A program made the translations under genes and the position numbers. 37,616 nt of DNA from Tubiluchus corallicola. Taxonomy: Eukaryota > Animalia > Priapulida. The notes beneath the pieces are model-generated. The model saw only the letters and a program-made list of their open reading frames with translations, ran no database searches and had not been told where the DNA came from. This document shows positions 10,790 through 22,320 of this stretch, piece after piece. Numbering within the stretch: the stretch's first letter is position 1; the number at the start of each line of letters is the position of its first letter. The stretch spans positions 28,422 to 66,037 of the forward strand of contig JAQGDQ010001062.1 of NCBI GenBank assembly GCA_030141605.1. The letters run 5' to 3'.

Positions 10790-13700
10790 CTACTGGAAGC
10801 GTTTAGTACGTAATATAAAGTCATGTATACATTGGAATATTTTACAGTTAGTAACATAGTTAAATTCATCTTTACCGAATAATAACAACGTCAACAGATC
10901 ATTAGTTCCTAAGGCAGCTATATTAAGGTTTTCAGGCAGAAGTATTTCATTTAGTTTATCAAACAAAACAACCCTAGTTTGTTGATACAATGGGCAGTGC
11001 AACAAAAAGTGTTCAATTCGAAATCCACAGTTACAATTCGGCAGTATTTGATGACCGTTATTATCTCTACAGCCTTTAGAGAAAAGGTCATAGTTTAGCT
11101 GAGAAAATCCGATTCTCATGCGCGTATGATGCACTGATATTGGAGGTTTACCAAATGAAAAATGTTTCTTACGCAACGAAAAACTTAAATGAGATTTGAG
11201 CTCTTGTTTGAATTGTGAAATGGATGTAATTTCACGAATGTTCTGTGGTAAGTTGTTCCACATGTTAATGGTCGATACGAAAAACGATTTTTCACAGCTA
11301 ACAGAACGGCAATTAAAATTTCTGTATTTAGGACCACTGTGTATATAATAGGGGGTAATTTCGTTTACCTTTGGCGGCAGAATTGCACTTAAATAGAGGG
11401 GCACTAAGTCATTGATTATTTTGAAAAAAAGACATAGGCGATGATAATGGAAGCGTGTCACTAATTTAGTGAAGCCGCTATCAGACAAGATACTTGCAGG
11501 GGAAGATCGAAACATAGCGCCAGAACAGAGTCTAGCAGCAGTTAGCTGAATATTTTCTAACCAACGCATACTGTTTTCACTGCATCCTGACCATACTACG
11601 TTACCATATTCGATGGCAGGGAGAATAGTCGTAATGAATAATCGTTCCCGCGTAGCTCTGGGCATATTAACTGACACGCGTCGAAAGTTGTTTAGCTTTA
11701 GATTTGCTTTGTCTACCATTTTTGAGACGTGATAGTTCCAGTTCAGGTCAGATGTAAGATAAATACCTAAATGTTTGTGAACATTTACAGTTTTCAGTGG
11801 AGTATTAGATAAATTGTAAGAGTAGGATATTGAGGAGCATTGGATTTACGGGAGAAAAGCATGACTTCGGTCTTATTAGGATTAAATTTAACCAACCAAC
11901 GTTTTGCCCAGTTTTCAATTATACTGAGATCTGCCTTTAAGCGATTTGCTGATGTATGTGGGTTATCCTTAAACGAATCCATTAAAACCGTATCGTCTGC
12001 AAAAAGGCGAATATCAGACTGAATGTCTTCTGTTATATCATTAACATACACTAAAAATAGAAGGGGACCTAAGATAGAACCTTGGGGGACGCCAGATAAA
12101 AGTGACCTCGCATCAGATGTATTACCGTTTAGCGTTACTCTTTGTGTTCGGTTTCGAAGGTAAGATGATAGCCAAGACAGAAGTTGGCCACTTAATCCAT
12201 ACTGAATATCAAGCCTACATGCCACACCTTATCAAAAGCTTTACTGATGTCCAGAAAAACAAACGCTACAGATTTCAGCACCGTCGTCTAAACTTGTATA
12301 CAAATTGTGAACGATTGAAACTAGCTGGTTGATTGTGCTATCGTTTGATTTGAACCCCGAGTTCTTTTCCGTCAAAAAGTTATTATCAATAGCAAAGTAG
12401 TTATACATCTGATTAAAGACAACGCGTTCTAGAATCTTGGACATACATGAAAGTAGCGCCACGGGTCTGTAGTTCGAAACAAGCTGTCTATCTCCACCTT
12501 TGTGTATGGGGCAGACATTTGCAACTTTCCACAAGCTAGGAAAATGACCTGACTGTAATGAGAATTTAAACAATCGGGTTAATGGGCTTGATAATGAGTC
12601 TGCACAAAGCTTAAGTACTTTGCTGCTTATTCCATCAGGACCTACAGATTTGCTCGTATTGACGTTATTTAATAGTGTTTTCACTAAGTCTTCGTGTACA
12701 GTAATGTGAGACATGTATGTATCAGTCTTCGATACGAATCTGGGTAATGAAGCATTTGAAATGTTCAAACGGCACTGCTGGGCAAAGTAATTGTTAAATG
12801 CATTGCACTTGGAAATCGCATCACTTATGACAACACCAGCTTCATCTATAATGGGAGGAATAAAATAGTCACACGTATTTTTGTAAAAACTTTTAGTAAT
12901 TTCCCATCAGACATTAGGGCATGTTTCAGGATTCAATAGCTTCTCGTTCAGTTTGTCTGAATAGTCACGTTTGGCTTTTTTAACAGCATTGTTGTACTTA
13001 TTTCTAATAGTAGTATAGGACTGCCACGAAGCATTCGTCCTGTTTAATTTATAATTTCTGTGCGCCTTTTCTTTTTGTACTCTAAGCTTTCGAACGTGAC
13101 CATTCATCCAAGGCTTATCGCGTGGGCGTATTGTTACAATTTGATTAGGCACACAAGAATCAATCATTTGCACTAGATTGTCAACAAATAATTGAAAAAC
13201 AACATCAACAGAGATTCATTTGAAAACACAGCCTCCCAATTTGCAGCAGAGATTTGTTGATTTAATGCTGGCCAATCTGCTAAATTATAATTATATACCT
13301 TTCTTTTGAAAGTATGACGTACTCAAATTTGACACAAATTTTCCCAAAAATAGGGTTATGGTCGCATGTAGGAATTGTGGAGAGCACACCGTAGTTAGTA
13401 AATAATCTAGATAAGTCTGTGATAATCAAATCCAGTACAGACTTTGACGTACTAGTTACTCGAGTGGGATCAGTAATTAACTGGAACAATTGATTTTGTA
13501 CAACAAAATTATTTAATTTAGGGCCCATTGGATTTTCGTTTAGCTCTGCCTGGTCCCAGGCCTTACATTTGGCGTTAAAGTCGCTAACAAATACAATGCT
13601 ATAGGGGTGCTTAGGTTGAGAGGTTAGTAGGTTATTGTAAGATTCATCTAGTGCTGCAACAAATCGATCTTCACCTGCTGCATCTTGGGATGGGGACCTA

Positions 13701-14100
13701 TAACAAATGCACATATAGAGTGTATTATCCTTTAAACTGATCTCTATCCACACAAATTCAAACAGATTCTGTGGTAACAACTCAGTCCGTGTTTTAAAAT
13801 GTATGTGATTGGCCACATAAAATGCTACTCCACCACCATTTCTGTCCCGATCTTTTCTGACTGGATCTTGGAAACCGGAAAGACGAATTTCATCATTTGC
13901 TATGGACTGATCTAGCCATGTTTCTGTCAGAACGATGACATCATAATTGTTGGTGTTAGCGACTAACTGCAACTCGTCCAACTTAAAGGATTCGTTGTTC
14001 GCTAGGAGGCTTTGTACGTTGGAGTGATAGAAAGAAAAAAACTTTTTGTTTGTACGATTGTTATTAGTGTTTCCGTAACTGTTCACGTTGTGAATATTAT
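10790..14100 (-). pseudogene. LINE ORF2 (APE endonuclease, reverse transcriptase, C-terminal Cys/His region), broken by several frameshifts and a stop
   Basis: LTETWL, RKDRDRNGGGV, SDFNA, LDL, CDH (APE); KPWMN, KSVGPDGI, NYRPVALLS, GVPQGSILGPLLF, LFADD (RT); CNCG..EHFLLHCP; split over 5 ORFs; start approximate. Confidence 0.93.
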
Positions 14101-15398
14101 TGAATGTTGCTAGAAGGAGTTTTATTAGAATCTCTCGTGGATAACGCTTCTTTATATTTCGAGCACTCCCTGTACCACGCCTCGTGCGCGCCACCACAGT
14201 TTGAACATTTTACACGTTCATTGCTACAATTGCTGGTTTTATGACTAGATGAACATTTTCCACAGACAGTTTTAGATTTGCACCATTTTGCTACATGATT
14301 ATATTTGTAGCAGTTGAAGCACTGTACTGGTTTGTTAGCGACTATAAACTTCTCGACGTGACAGTACATATTACCAATGGGAATGCCATCAAAGATAGCA
14401 GTTTCTAAATCATCAGCTGAATTAAAATATACTTTAGCTAGGGGAAGCACCGTTCCATCTTTTTTCTTGAACCTGTCCACTTTCACGTCAGTGTAATGTT
14501 TACTAATCTCATCTAATAGTTCATCATCGGTCAAGCTTAGGTCGCAGTCTCGTAGTAAGCCAATGGTATTTTGTAGAGGCGATCTAGCTGAAGTCTCTGT
14601 GCCCAGGTGCGAAGGCAGCCAGTTATCTATCATTAACTTTGCTTCTTCTTTGTGCTTAAGTTGCACTTGTATCATACCTTTAGCTGTCTTTCTGATGTTG
14701 TCAAACTGCGTTAGAGGGAAGTGGTGGGATAATTGTTTTTTGATGGAGAGGTTTGATTTAACAATTTCTTTATCTTTTACATTGCTGATTATTACAGTAC
14801 GAGACGGATCATAAATGGTTTTGGTTAATTTCACTTTGTCGTCAGACTTGTTTTCTGTTGACAGCTTGGCACTATTCTCGGGTCTAGGCATCGATACTAT
14901 ATCACTCCACAATGGTTTTGAGCTGCAGCTCATTTTATTGTCTAGAGCTTCAAGTTTATCACTCAACTGGCTAATTCTAGTTTCAAAATCGGACTGACAG
15001 ACAGTTTGCTTTCCGGACAGAATATTCAGGACCTCAGTTACTTGATTTCTGTCGTTGCATAATTTAATCAAATTGATGGCTGCGGTTTTTAAATCAGCTA
15101 TAATTTTGTCTTCAGGCCTTGCACTGTTTTCTTTGTTTTCTGTTTCAGTGAAGTATAAGCTAGTGTCCGAAGTAACTGTAGCCTTACTGTCTAAGGAAAT
15201 ACATGTTAAGTCACTGACAGAATTTCGCCTATTGTTCTCATCTAGATGATTGTTCTCGCATTTGCTGCAGACAACAGTGCAGAGTCTTGCAAGAGGTACT
15301 GGTGATTTAGCAGACCTGCAAAACTCACAACTTTTTCTTTCTCTAGCTTGTTTGCTAGAATCGGTCGATTGACTACTAATTGGGTCTTTGCGACTCAT
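14097..15398 (-). CDS. LINE ORF1, gag-like nucleic-acid binding protein, 433 aa
   Basis: Three CCHC knuckles (CFNCYKYNHVAKWC, CGKCSSSHKTSNC, CSNCGGAHEAWYREC), coiled-coil-like segment, N-terminal CxxC..CxxC; lies directly upstream of APE. Confidence 0.9.
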   Translation of the reverse strand: MSRKDPISSQSTDSSKQARERKSCEFCRSAKSPVPLARLCTVVCSKCENNHLDENNRRNSVSDLTCISLDSKATVTSDTSLYFTETENKENSARPEDKIIADLKTAAINLIKLCNDRNQVTEVLNILSGKQTVCQSDFETRISQLSDKLEALDNKMSCSSKPLWSDIVSMPRPENSAKLSTENKSDDKVKLTKTIYDPSRTVIISNVKDKEIVKSNLSIKKQLSHHFPLTQFDNIRKTAKGMIQVQLKHKEEAKLMIDNWLPSHLGTETSARSPLQNTIGLLRDCDLSLTDDELLDEISKHYTDVKVDRFKKKDGTVLPLAKVYFNSADDLETAIFDGIPIGNMYCHVEKFIVANKPVQCFNCYKYNHVAKWCKSKTVCGKCSSSHKTSNCSNERVKCSNCGGAHEAWYRECSKYKEALSTRDSNKTPSSNIQ

Positions 15399-15683
15399 TG
15401 TTCAGGCAAATCACAACGATTATTGCCACCACCCCAATGGGCGCCAAAATAGCTCAACATTAGCGATTGCTACACTTATTTTGTCGTTTTTTACGTTTTC
15501 TCCAAAAACTTTCAACAGCACGAAAAGGATATTATCATAAACGAAAAGTATATATATTCACACACGTTTTAGTATGAATGACTTCACAGCATAACCAGTA
15601 TAACAGCCACAAATTTCAAGAAATCTGCAAGAGCAATTAGCACAACTAGGTTACAATCTTGCGCATGCGCAATAAAAATGCCC

Positions 15684-15972
15684 AATTGTGATTAGTTTAA
15701 ACTCTAAAATACGATAGTGTATGACAAATACTGTGTTTCAATGCACTTTAAATTTTGCCATCTAATACCTCAAGTCGTTTCAAACACGAGTAAAAAATCA
15801 TTGGATTGTGTAAAATAGTCTGTTTCTTCTTTATTTTATATGGGAAAAATCCTTAGCTATTAGTAAAGTGGCCTCGGCATATTCACATTACTGTTTTGAC
15901 TTAGAATTCCAAGTAAAAGGTCATTAAACTAAAGTATTAAATTTGAATGTTTTTTAAATTGGATGCCTAATT
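15684..15972 (+). repeat. Direct repeat copy 2 abutting the LINE 5' end
   Basis: See 10240-10547. Confidence 0.92.
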
Positions 15973-16201
15973 CAGAGTGAAATTTTGTTTTTGTTAAAGC
16001 ATTTTTAAACTATGTGATATATGAATAAACAATTAATACTCTTTGTTAATAGAAATAAATAAATTCTAGAAATACTTTATGTAGCAAACAGAAGCCGCGC
16101 TTTGACCTTTCTAGGTGCGTAATGCATCACGTGACTGTGTATTGGACGCTAGCGTTAAATGACGTTTGAATGACTTCATGGACTATGTTATACGTATTAG
16201 G

Positions 16202-16342
16202 TACGAAAGCGTATTAGGGCCATGATACCGGATTATAAAAAATCTAGTTATAACCAGATTTTTTTTATAATCGGATGGCAAAAAATTTTGTTATAGTCAG
16301 ATTTTTTATAATCGGATATCATGGCCCTAATACGCTTTCGTA
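16202..16342. mobile_element. 141-bp palindromic MITE with TA ends (Tc1/mariner-type), 230 bp upstream of the CLCA-B ATG
   Basis: Perfect 26-bp IR TACGAAAGCGTATTAGGGCCATGATA / TATCATGGCCCTAATACGCTTTCGTA with internal GATTATAAAAAATCT repeats. Confidence 0.85.
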
Positions 16343-16570
16343 GTCAGAGCATAAACGATGTGCTATAAAATTAGCAACCCACAACTTTATTAGTCAAACC
16401 ATTTTATTTAAATACATTATAGTGATGCTAGGCGAAAACACAGTTCATCCATTGCAGACATTTACTTGTTTAAACCAACTGCTCTGTTTTTTCAGCTTTT
16501 GCAGGAAGTTGCATGAGTTACTTGCAAGAATAAGTACCTCTACACATTAGCACGATCTTCAAAATATCCA

Positions 16571-16788
16571 ATGGCGATGAAAATATTGTTAGTTCTTTCA
16601 CTGGTATTAGCGGTAGACATTGCGCCACGTGTCCAAGCTTGCGGTAGATCATCAGTCTACCTCCTGGACAATGGCTATCGTAACGTGTTAATAGCCATTC
16701 ACGAGGATGTACCCAAAAGCAATACGTTACTTACAAGAATTCAATATGTCTTCATCGACGCTTCTCGTTATTTGTACAAAATAACAAA
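16571..16788 (+). CDS. CLCA: CLCA-B coding exon 1: signal peptide plus SSVYLLDNGYRNVLIAIHEDVP...ASRYLYKIT
   Basis: Hydrophobic N-terminus; matches CLCA L.NNGY....AI...VP...AS.YL...T; aa|gtaag, phase 2. Confidence 0.93.
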
Positions 16789-17859
16789 GTAAGTTGAAGA
16801 GTTCTTTCTGAAAACGTGCATCTTACATCTCGGCAAAGTGTAACAATTCAATTCAATTTGATTTTCTCAATAACAGTTAAAATACGTCATAATTATTTTT
16901 ACATTTGTAATGCTTCTCATTTTCGGTTTCGTTCTCTGGGTTCTCTTTTCCTCTCTTTTAGGAACGTTAATTTTTAGCAACAGCAAGAAGTCGCCAGACT
17001 TATACGAGGTCAAATTCAGTAAAATAAATAAAAAAACCGTTCCAATAATGAAAGTAAAAAATTGTGCAATAAAAGTTTTTAAGCATTAGAAATATTATAA
17101 TATAATTATCATTTTACTTTTAAAACACGAGTGCGGTATACTTTTTTCACATCACAAGACAAATTGTTCCACAGGGCCCTGATAACCGGCAAAATATTTC
17201 ATAAGGTCAGTTCTTACTCTTAGTATATCGTAGCCATTGAACTGCCTAGTATTGTACATATAAAGTGTTTTGTTTAGAGTAAATAAACTAGCAAAAATCT
17301 TAGGAAACATACTATTAAAGGGTTTGTGAATAAAACAGGTAACTTTCATACATTTGATATCATTAACTTTGAAATATTAAGCTGCTTAAATAACTATTTG
17401 TATGAGTTCTGTAATCCGAATTAGTAATAATTCTAATTAACATTTTTGTAAGTTGCTTAACCTGTCCGAAGTAGAAGCTTATGCATAATAGGGTGTGGTG
17501 AAAATAACTTTTTTATCCAATCTTTTTACAACTTTTCCTACTTTGGAGGTTTGATGTGTCACTAACATGGGTAAATTTTCATACATAAAAGTTACATAAC
17601 ATAATCAATACATAAACCCATACAATACTGTAATATTCTAAATATGGGAAGACAAAAGTATAATACAATTGTGCTATAGTCTCCCTTTTCAGTCGTCTTT
17701 GTAGTTCCTACATCGTGCTTAAAATTATGTGGTTGTTTGTACTTAAATTTCCGTTGCATTTAAATGCAGAATTCCTCTTCCTACCATTTCCACTAACACT
17801 TCCTTCTACCCTTCCTGTGTGATCTAACCTTTCTCCCAGTTCTTTTTTTGTTCACTCAT

Positions 17860-18066
17860 CCAATCTTTTTTTATCGGGTTCACATGACAGTGAGGCTTAT
17901 ACAAGCCTTTGCTTCTCTAGCCCACTTCAGTACAATTATTCTTTTATGATAACGATAGTGTATGAAACATTACAATTTGATACAGTATGACGTAATAATT
18001 TTGATGTCACTGTGTGCTTAATGTCATTATATTGTACTGAATGTGAAAATAATAAACTAAAAAAAT
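17860..18066 (+). mobile_element. Probable LINE 3' UTR fragment
   Basis: AGGCTT-ATAC-AAGCCT stem-loop followed by AATAAACTAAAAAA tail. Confidence 0.4.
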
Positions 18067-18202
18067 TTATAAAGGAAAACTGTAGCCCTATAGACATGCT
18101 GATTTTTATTCATACAAAGTAATTAGCCTAGACGCTTCTATGTATACGAATCACGCAGGGGGCAGTCTATGCTTCAATTAGTCAATTTTCCTTTTTTTCC
18201 AG

Positions 18203-18452
18203 ACGTCGAGCATATTTTCACAGCATCACAATTCTTGTTCCTACTTCTTGGTCTAACAAGCCGTCGTACAAAGCAGCCATAAATGAATCCATTGATACTT
18301 CTGACGTACAAGTAGGAATGCTGGATAGAATAAATAACCAACCGTTTACAGTTAATCCCAATCAGTGTGGCGATACTGGACTCTATATGCATCTGACTCC
18401 AGAATATTTCATGAATGAAACTACAGCTGAACAGTACGGACCATATGCTAAA
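18203..18452 (+). CDS. CLCA: CLCA-B exon 2 (RRAYFHSITILVPTSW...QPFT..QCGDTGLYMHLTPEYF...YGPYAK)
   Basis: ttccag|...aaa|gtaagt, 250 nt, phase 2-0; CLCA motifs R.YF..V.IL.P..W, PYT...CG..G..IH.TP. Confidence 0.95.
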
Positions 18453-18556
18453 GTAAGTATTCTCAGATTCTTTATCAAATTCATGTATTATTACATTTGT
18501 TAACGTTGGTTTTATAAAAAAATTAATAATGTACTCTCTTTAATCATGGCAATTAG

Positions 18557-18689
18557 ACAATTGTGCACGAATGGGCGCACCTACGCTGGGGTGTCTTCGA
18601 TGAGTATCCTTTACAGTCAGATGGACAATGGGCATATTTGGAAGCAAACGGAGAGTACACAGGAGTTCGTTGTAGCTTGGCACTAAAAG
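18557..18689 (+). CDS. CLCA: CLCA-B exon 3, zincin active site (TIVHEWAHLRWGVFDEY...VRCSLALK)
   Basis: HEWAHLRWGVFDEY is the CLCA signature; 133 nt, phase 0-1 using the first donor. Confidence 0.97.
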
Positions 18690-18998
18690 GTAAAAGAAAT
18701 GACGTTTTTTTCTTGGCACTAAAAGGTAAAAGAAATGACGTTTTTTTCTTGGCACTAAAAGGTAAAAGAAATGACGTTTTTTTCTTGGCACTAAAAGGTA
18801 AAAGAAATGACGTTTTTTTCTTGGCACTAAAAGGTAAAAGAGATGACGTTTTTTTCTTGGCACTAAAAGGTAAAAGAGATGACGTTTTTTTCTTGGCACT
18901 AAAAGGTAAAAGAAATGACGTTTTTTTCTTGGCACTAAAAGGTAAAAGAAATGACGTTTTTTTCTTGGCACTAAAAGGTAAAAGAAATGACGTTTTTC
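18676..18998 (+). repeat. 36-bp tandem repeat x9 spanning the exon-3 donor (CTTGGCACTAAAAG|GTAAAAGAAATGACGTTTTTTT)
   Basis: Direct reading; translates as LALKGKRNDVFF x9 with no stop. Confidence 0.97.
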
Positions 18999-19879
18999 CT
19001 AAACCGAATTTAATTGAAATTTTAAAGCAATATTCTGCCTACTAAGAAGTACGTTTCTAACATTATGAACTTGTTAGCTCGTATTTCTGAACAAACAAAA
19101 GCATACATCAATAACTCTTTTTATTTTATTTCATTTTATTTATTTATTTACACTGTCTTCCATAGAAACTACACAAAAACGTTTCAGAAAATTACTCAAC
19201 CAGAATACAGGGTAAATTTTAGTGAAAAATGCCACGAATAAGCTGATGTTACGTTATTGGCTTACAACGTCTTTATTACATCATCTAGTTCATGATTTTC
19301 ACTAAATCATTCAGCGTTTACATGATTTACACGATTCTGTCTGTACTGAGTCTGTGTCCGAGTCTGTGTCCGAGTCTGGGTCAGAGTGAATCTGGTACAG
19401 ATTTACAAAAGTTGATCATTAGAAAGAAATGAAAACAATATAAAAATCTTTGTACAGGTGAAAAACGAAAACAATCAAATCACTTCATTTTAGTTTGTAA
19501 ATGTTTAATCTTTATCATTGCAAAAATAAGCTCATCTAAACTAAGTTGAAATTGAAAAATCCTACTCCAATTAATTTAATCTTACTTCACTTGGTGGTAT
19601 CAAACCTGTAGTGGAAATACTGGTACCAGCTATTAGATCCATTTAGCACTTCAAACAAATGAACTTTATATATGATACATACATATATAGATAGATATAG
19701 ATATCAAACCCTATTGATCTATCTCAGAGATCGTTTCTAGTAAGCGTCCCCAGCTCTGTATAGCATTTGTACTGCGACTAAAACCAACATTCAGTTTTTC
19801 TATTTCAGCAATGGCATGATCAGGCGTAGATTTCTCCATATTCTTAGTTCAGTTATAGTTTCTAAGGGTAACATTCTGT

Positions 19880-20420
19880 TATTAAATGTAAAAATAAGAA
19901 CTTTTTTCCGAAAATATAAAACTACGGCGCTGTGAGAAAAGTCTGGAATGAGATTTGTCAATCCGCAAAAAATAGCAGATCTACCACTAGATTTAAAAAC
20001 ATGCTAAAAAATCAAATTTTAAGTAAGTATCAGTGAGTAATCAAAATTTCTATCAGTATCCATCCTCACAGTAGTGGCAAAGCAGTGGTGTTATCTTAAT
20101 CAAGTTATCATAATTTTACATACTATTAATAAATAACAGTCCTTCCATCTTTTATATCATCTCATATATGAGCTTCATTCATTACATCATTTTTTTATCA
20201 TACGATTCACTTTAAATTTTCAGATTATTTCCATTACTTTTTTTTTCACTGTGTAGGACAATCTAACAAGCCCTGCTTTTTGATTGCCCGCAACACATTT
20301 ACATTCGTATATTTTTCCTGTGCGGTATTTCTTATTTGTATTATGTTAACTGAACGGCCCTTTCACTAGATATTGTACATGAAACTATTGTAAACGTGTA
20401 ATGTGAAATAAATGACTTAT
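19880..20420 (+). mobile_element. LINE (CR1/L2 group) ORF2 C-terminus plus 3' UTR fragment
   Basis: Translates ..KVWNEI.QSAKNSRSTTRFKNMLKNQILSKYQ*, followed by a CAAGCCCTGCTT stem region and GAAATAAATGA. Confidence 0.6.
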
Positions 20421-20461
20421 GAATTATAGCTATTAATACGGGTCTTACTTGTGTACTATAG

Positions 20462-20601
20462 GTGAATTGAAAAATATAAACACTGGTCAAACCTGCTACA
20501 TTGACCCTCGGACAAATAAACCTCCAAGTGAATGTCGCTGGGAAGATCATTCTGTTCCGCCATCATCAGCATCTTTAATGTACAGACATTATCTTAATGG
20601 G
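20462..20601 (+). CDS. CLCA: CLCA-B exon 4 (GELKNINTGQTCYIDPRTNKPPSECRW...SASLMYRHYLNG)
   Basis: tatag|...ggg|gtaagt, 140 nt, phase 1-0; Cys-rich with ASLM motif. Confidence 0.9.
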
Positions 20602-20848
20602 GTAAGTTAGCGAATGAAGCCAATATCAATGCCATATTAAACGAGATTAAATAAGATGCCTATAATTAATTAATTCCGTAAAGCGTATAGCAGAATCCAC
20701 GTTGTTTTTGTCATCAGCTAATATCTAATGTTGGGTTTGCATTTCTTGGACCAAACAATTACAAATTTTTCTTGCAGTACGAATGAAGTGAAATAATCAG
20801 AAATAATAATCAGTTACCTACAAAAGAAGCCTTAATTACATATTATTA

Positions 20849-20926
20849 TTATCATCATCATCATCACCACCACCACCACCACCACCATCACCACCATCAC
20901 CACCATCATCATCATCATCCTCATCC

Positions 20927-20983
<57 letters not shown>

Positions 20984-21038
20984 CCACCACCACCACCACC
21001 ACCACCACCACCACCACCACCATCACCACCATCACCAC

Positions 21039-21075
<37 letters not shown>

Positions 21076-21095
21076 GTCATCATCATCATCACCAC

Positions 21096-21149
<54 letters not shown>

Positions 21150-21190
21150 TATCATTTTCATTATTATTATTATTGTTGTTGTTGTTGTTG
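20849..21190. repeat. (CAT/CAC)n compound microsatellite grading into (ATT)/(GTT)
   Basis: Direct reading. Confidence 0.97.
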
Positions 21191-21385
21191 CATTATTATT
21201 AACATCATTTTATTTCGAATATACTTTACATAGGTATTTCACGAAAAAATAAGTAAAGATAATTTACATGATTAATGACGAAACAAGATAACTATAGTAA
21301 GAAAGTTTAATGGGCCTAATCAATAAGTCAGTTATACCAATAGGAACTAAATATTGCTGATAAAATATACAGGCATTACAATTTC

Positions 21386-21808
21386 TTGTTAATAAGCCTT
21401 TTCACAGGCGTATGCGCAGTTGCAGTTGCGCGTGCGTATGCGCAGTTGCAGTTGCACGTGCGCATGCGCAGTTGCTGTAGGTGAAAAGTTAAATCTAGCG
21501 CATCTTTACAACAACGTCACGTGACCTTACGTCAACGTCAACGTCACCACGTCAGTTTAGTAATTTCAGTTGTTTTATGTGGTGTTTACTTAGCTGTGCA
21601 TTAGTCTGTGTGTAGAGTGATTTACTAGCAGGATCTTGCTTGGGAACAAGAACAAATGAACTAGGTAAAATACTGGCTAGCCGTTAAAACTGTTATTATT
21701 ACAACAGCATGGGCTGCGAGGCGTTGTCAAGTGTACACAAATGCGTCGTCTGCATTACTTTTCACGATCATCATAAATCGCTGGAACTGTGAAAAGGCTT
21801 ATTAACAA
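21386..21808. mobile_element. MITE with 22-bp perfect inverted ends, superfamily unassigned
   Basis: TTGTTAATAAGCCTTTTCACAG / CTGTGAAAAGGCTTATTAACAA; internal 26-bp GCGTATGCGCAGTTGCAGTTGC repeat x~3. Confidence 0.8.
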
Positions 21809-22320
21809 TGTTATCTAGAATTGACTGCTGTACTGTGTTTAAAATCATTAAAATCATTACTTTCTAAGCATTTGGTGCGGTCTGCCTATTGATTTCCTAT
21901 CAATCAAGGTTTTTTTCTACTGACCGCCTTGCAAAAATGTAGAACACTAAGCGTCTGTACATTTCTTTTCTACTATTGTCGCGTTATCATCATCAACTGC
22001 ATTGGTGGGTGTATTCGGTGATTTCCGTAGACAAAATGTCTTGCAATGTGGAAACGTTCTTTATGTGTGGCTTCAAAGAAGAATAAAGCACAAAAAATAT
22101 TGAAATTGATGATAGAGTTTTAAATAAGTAGAACGCTCCGAAATCGATATGGATTAGATTAACTTAAATTTATTCTACTACGAACAAACATTCTTATTTA
22201 CGACTTGCTATTATTAGTTCTAAAACCGAATGAATTGTAAAAGCGCTGGGGTACTGAGCTTGGATCTGAAACAGAAACTCAGTGACCTAGTTTCCCAAAT
22301 TGGCTTACCAAACTAATAAT

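Larger units (their letters stand above)
10548..15683 (-). mobile_element. Near full-length non-LTR retrotransposon (CR1/L2 group, Jockey superfamily-like), decayed
   Basis: ORF1 plus APE-RT ORF2; 3' end on minus strand AATAAA..TTTAAACTAAACT short tandem tail; ~285-bp 5' UTR. Confidence 0.93.

Noticed and set aside
10240-15972. LTR retrotransposon interpretation of the direct repeats
   Set aside because: Interior is APE+RT non-LTR type with a tandem tail; no TG..CA ends, PBS, protease or integrase seen
19440-19870. Possible minus-strand LINE ORF2 remnant (YTELGR-like)
   Set aside because: Only one short motif; too degraded to support
20832-21161. Poly-Met ORF; poly-Asn/Ile/Leu ORFs at 27056-27622 and 33899-34273
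   Set aside because: Trinucleotide microsatellites within introns
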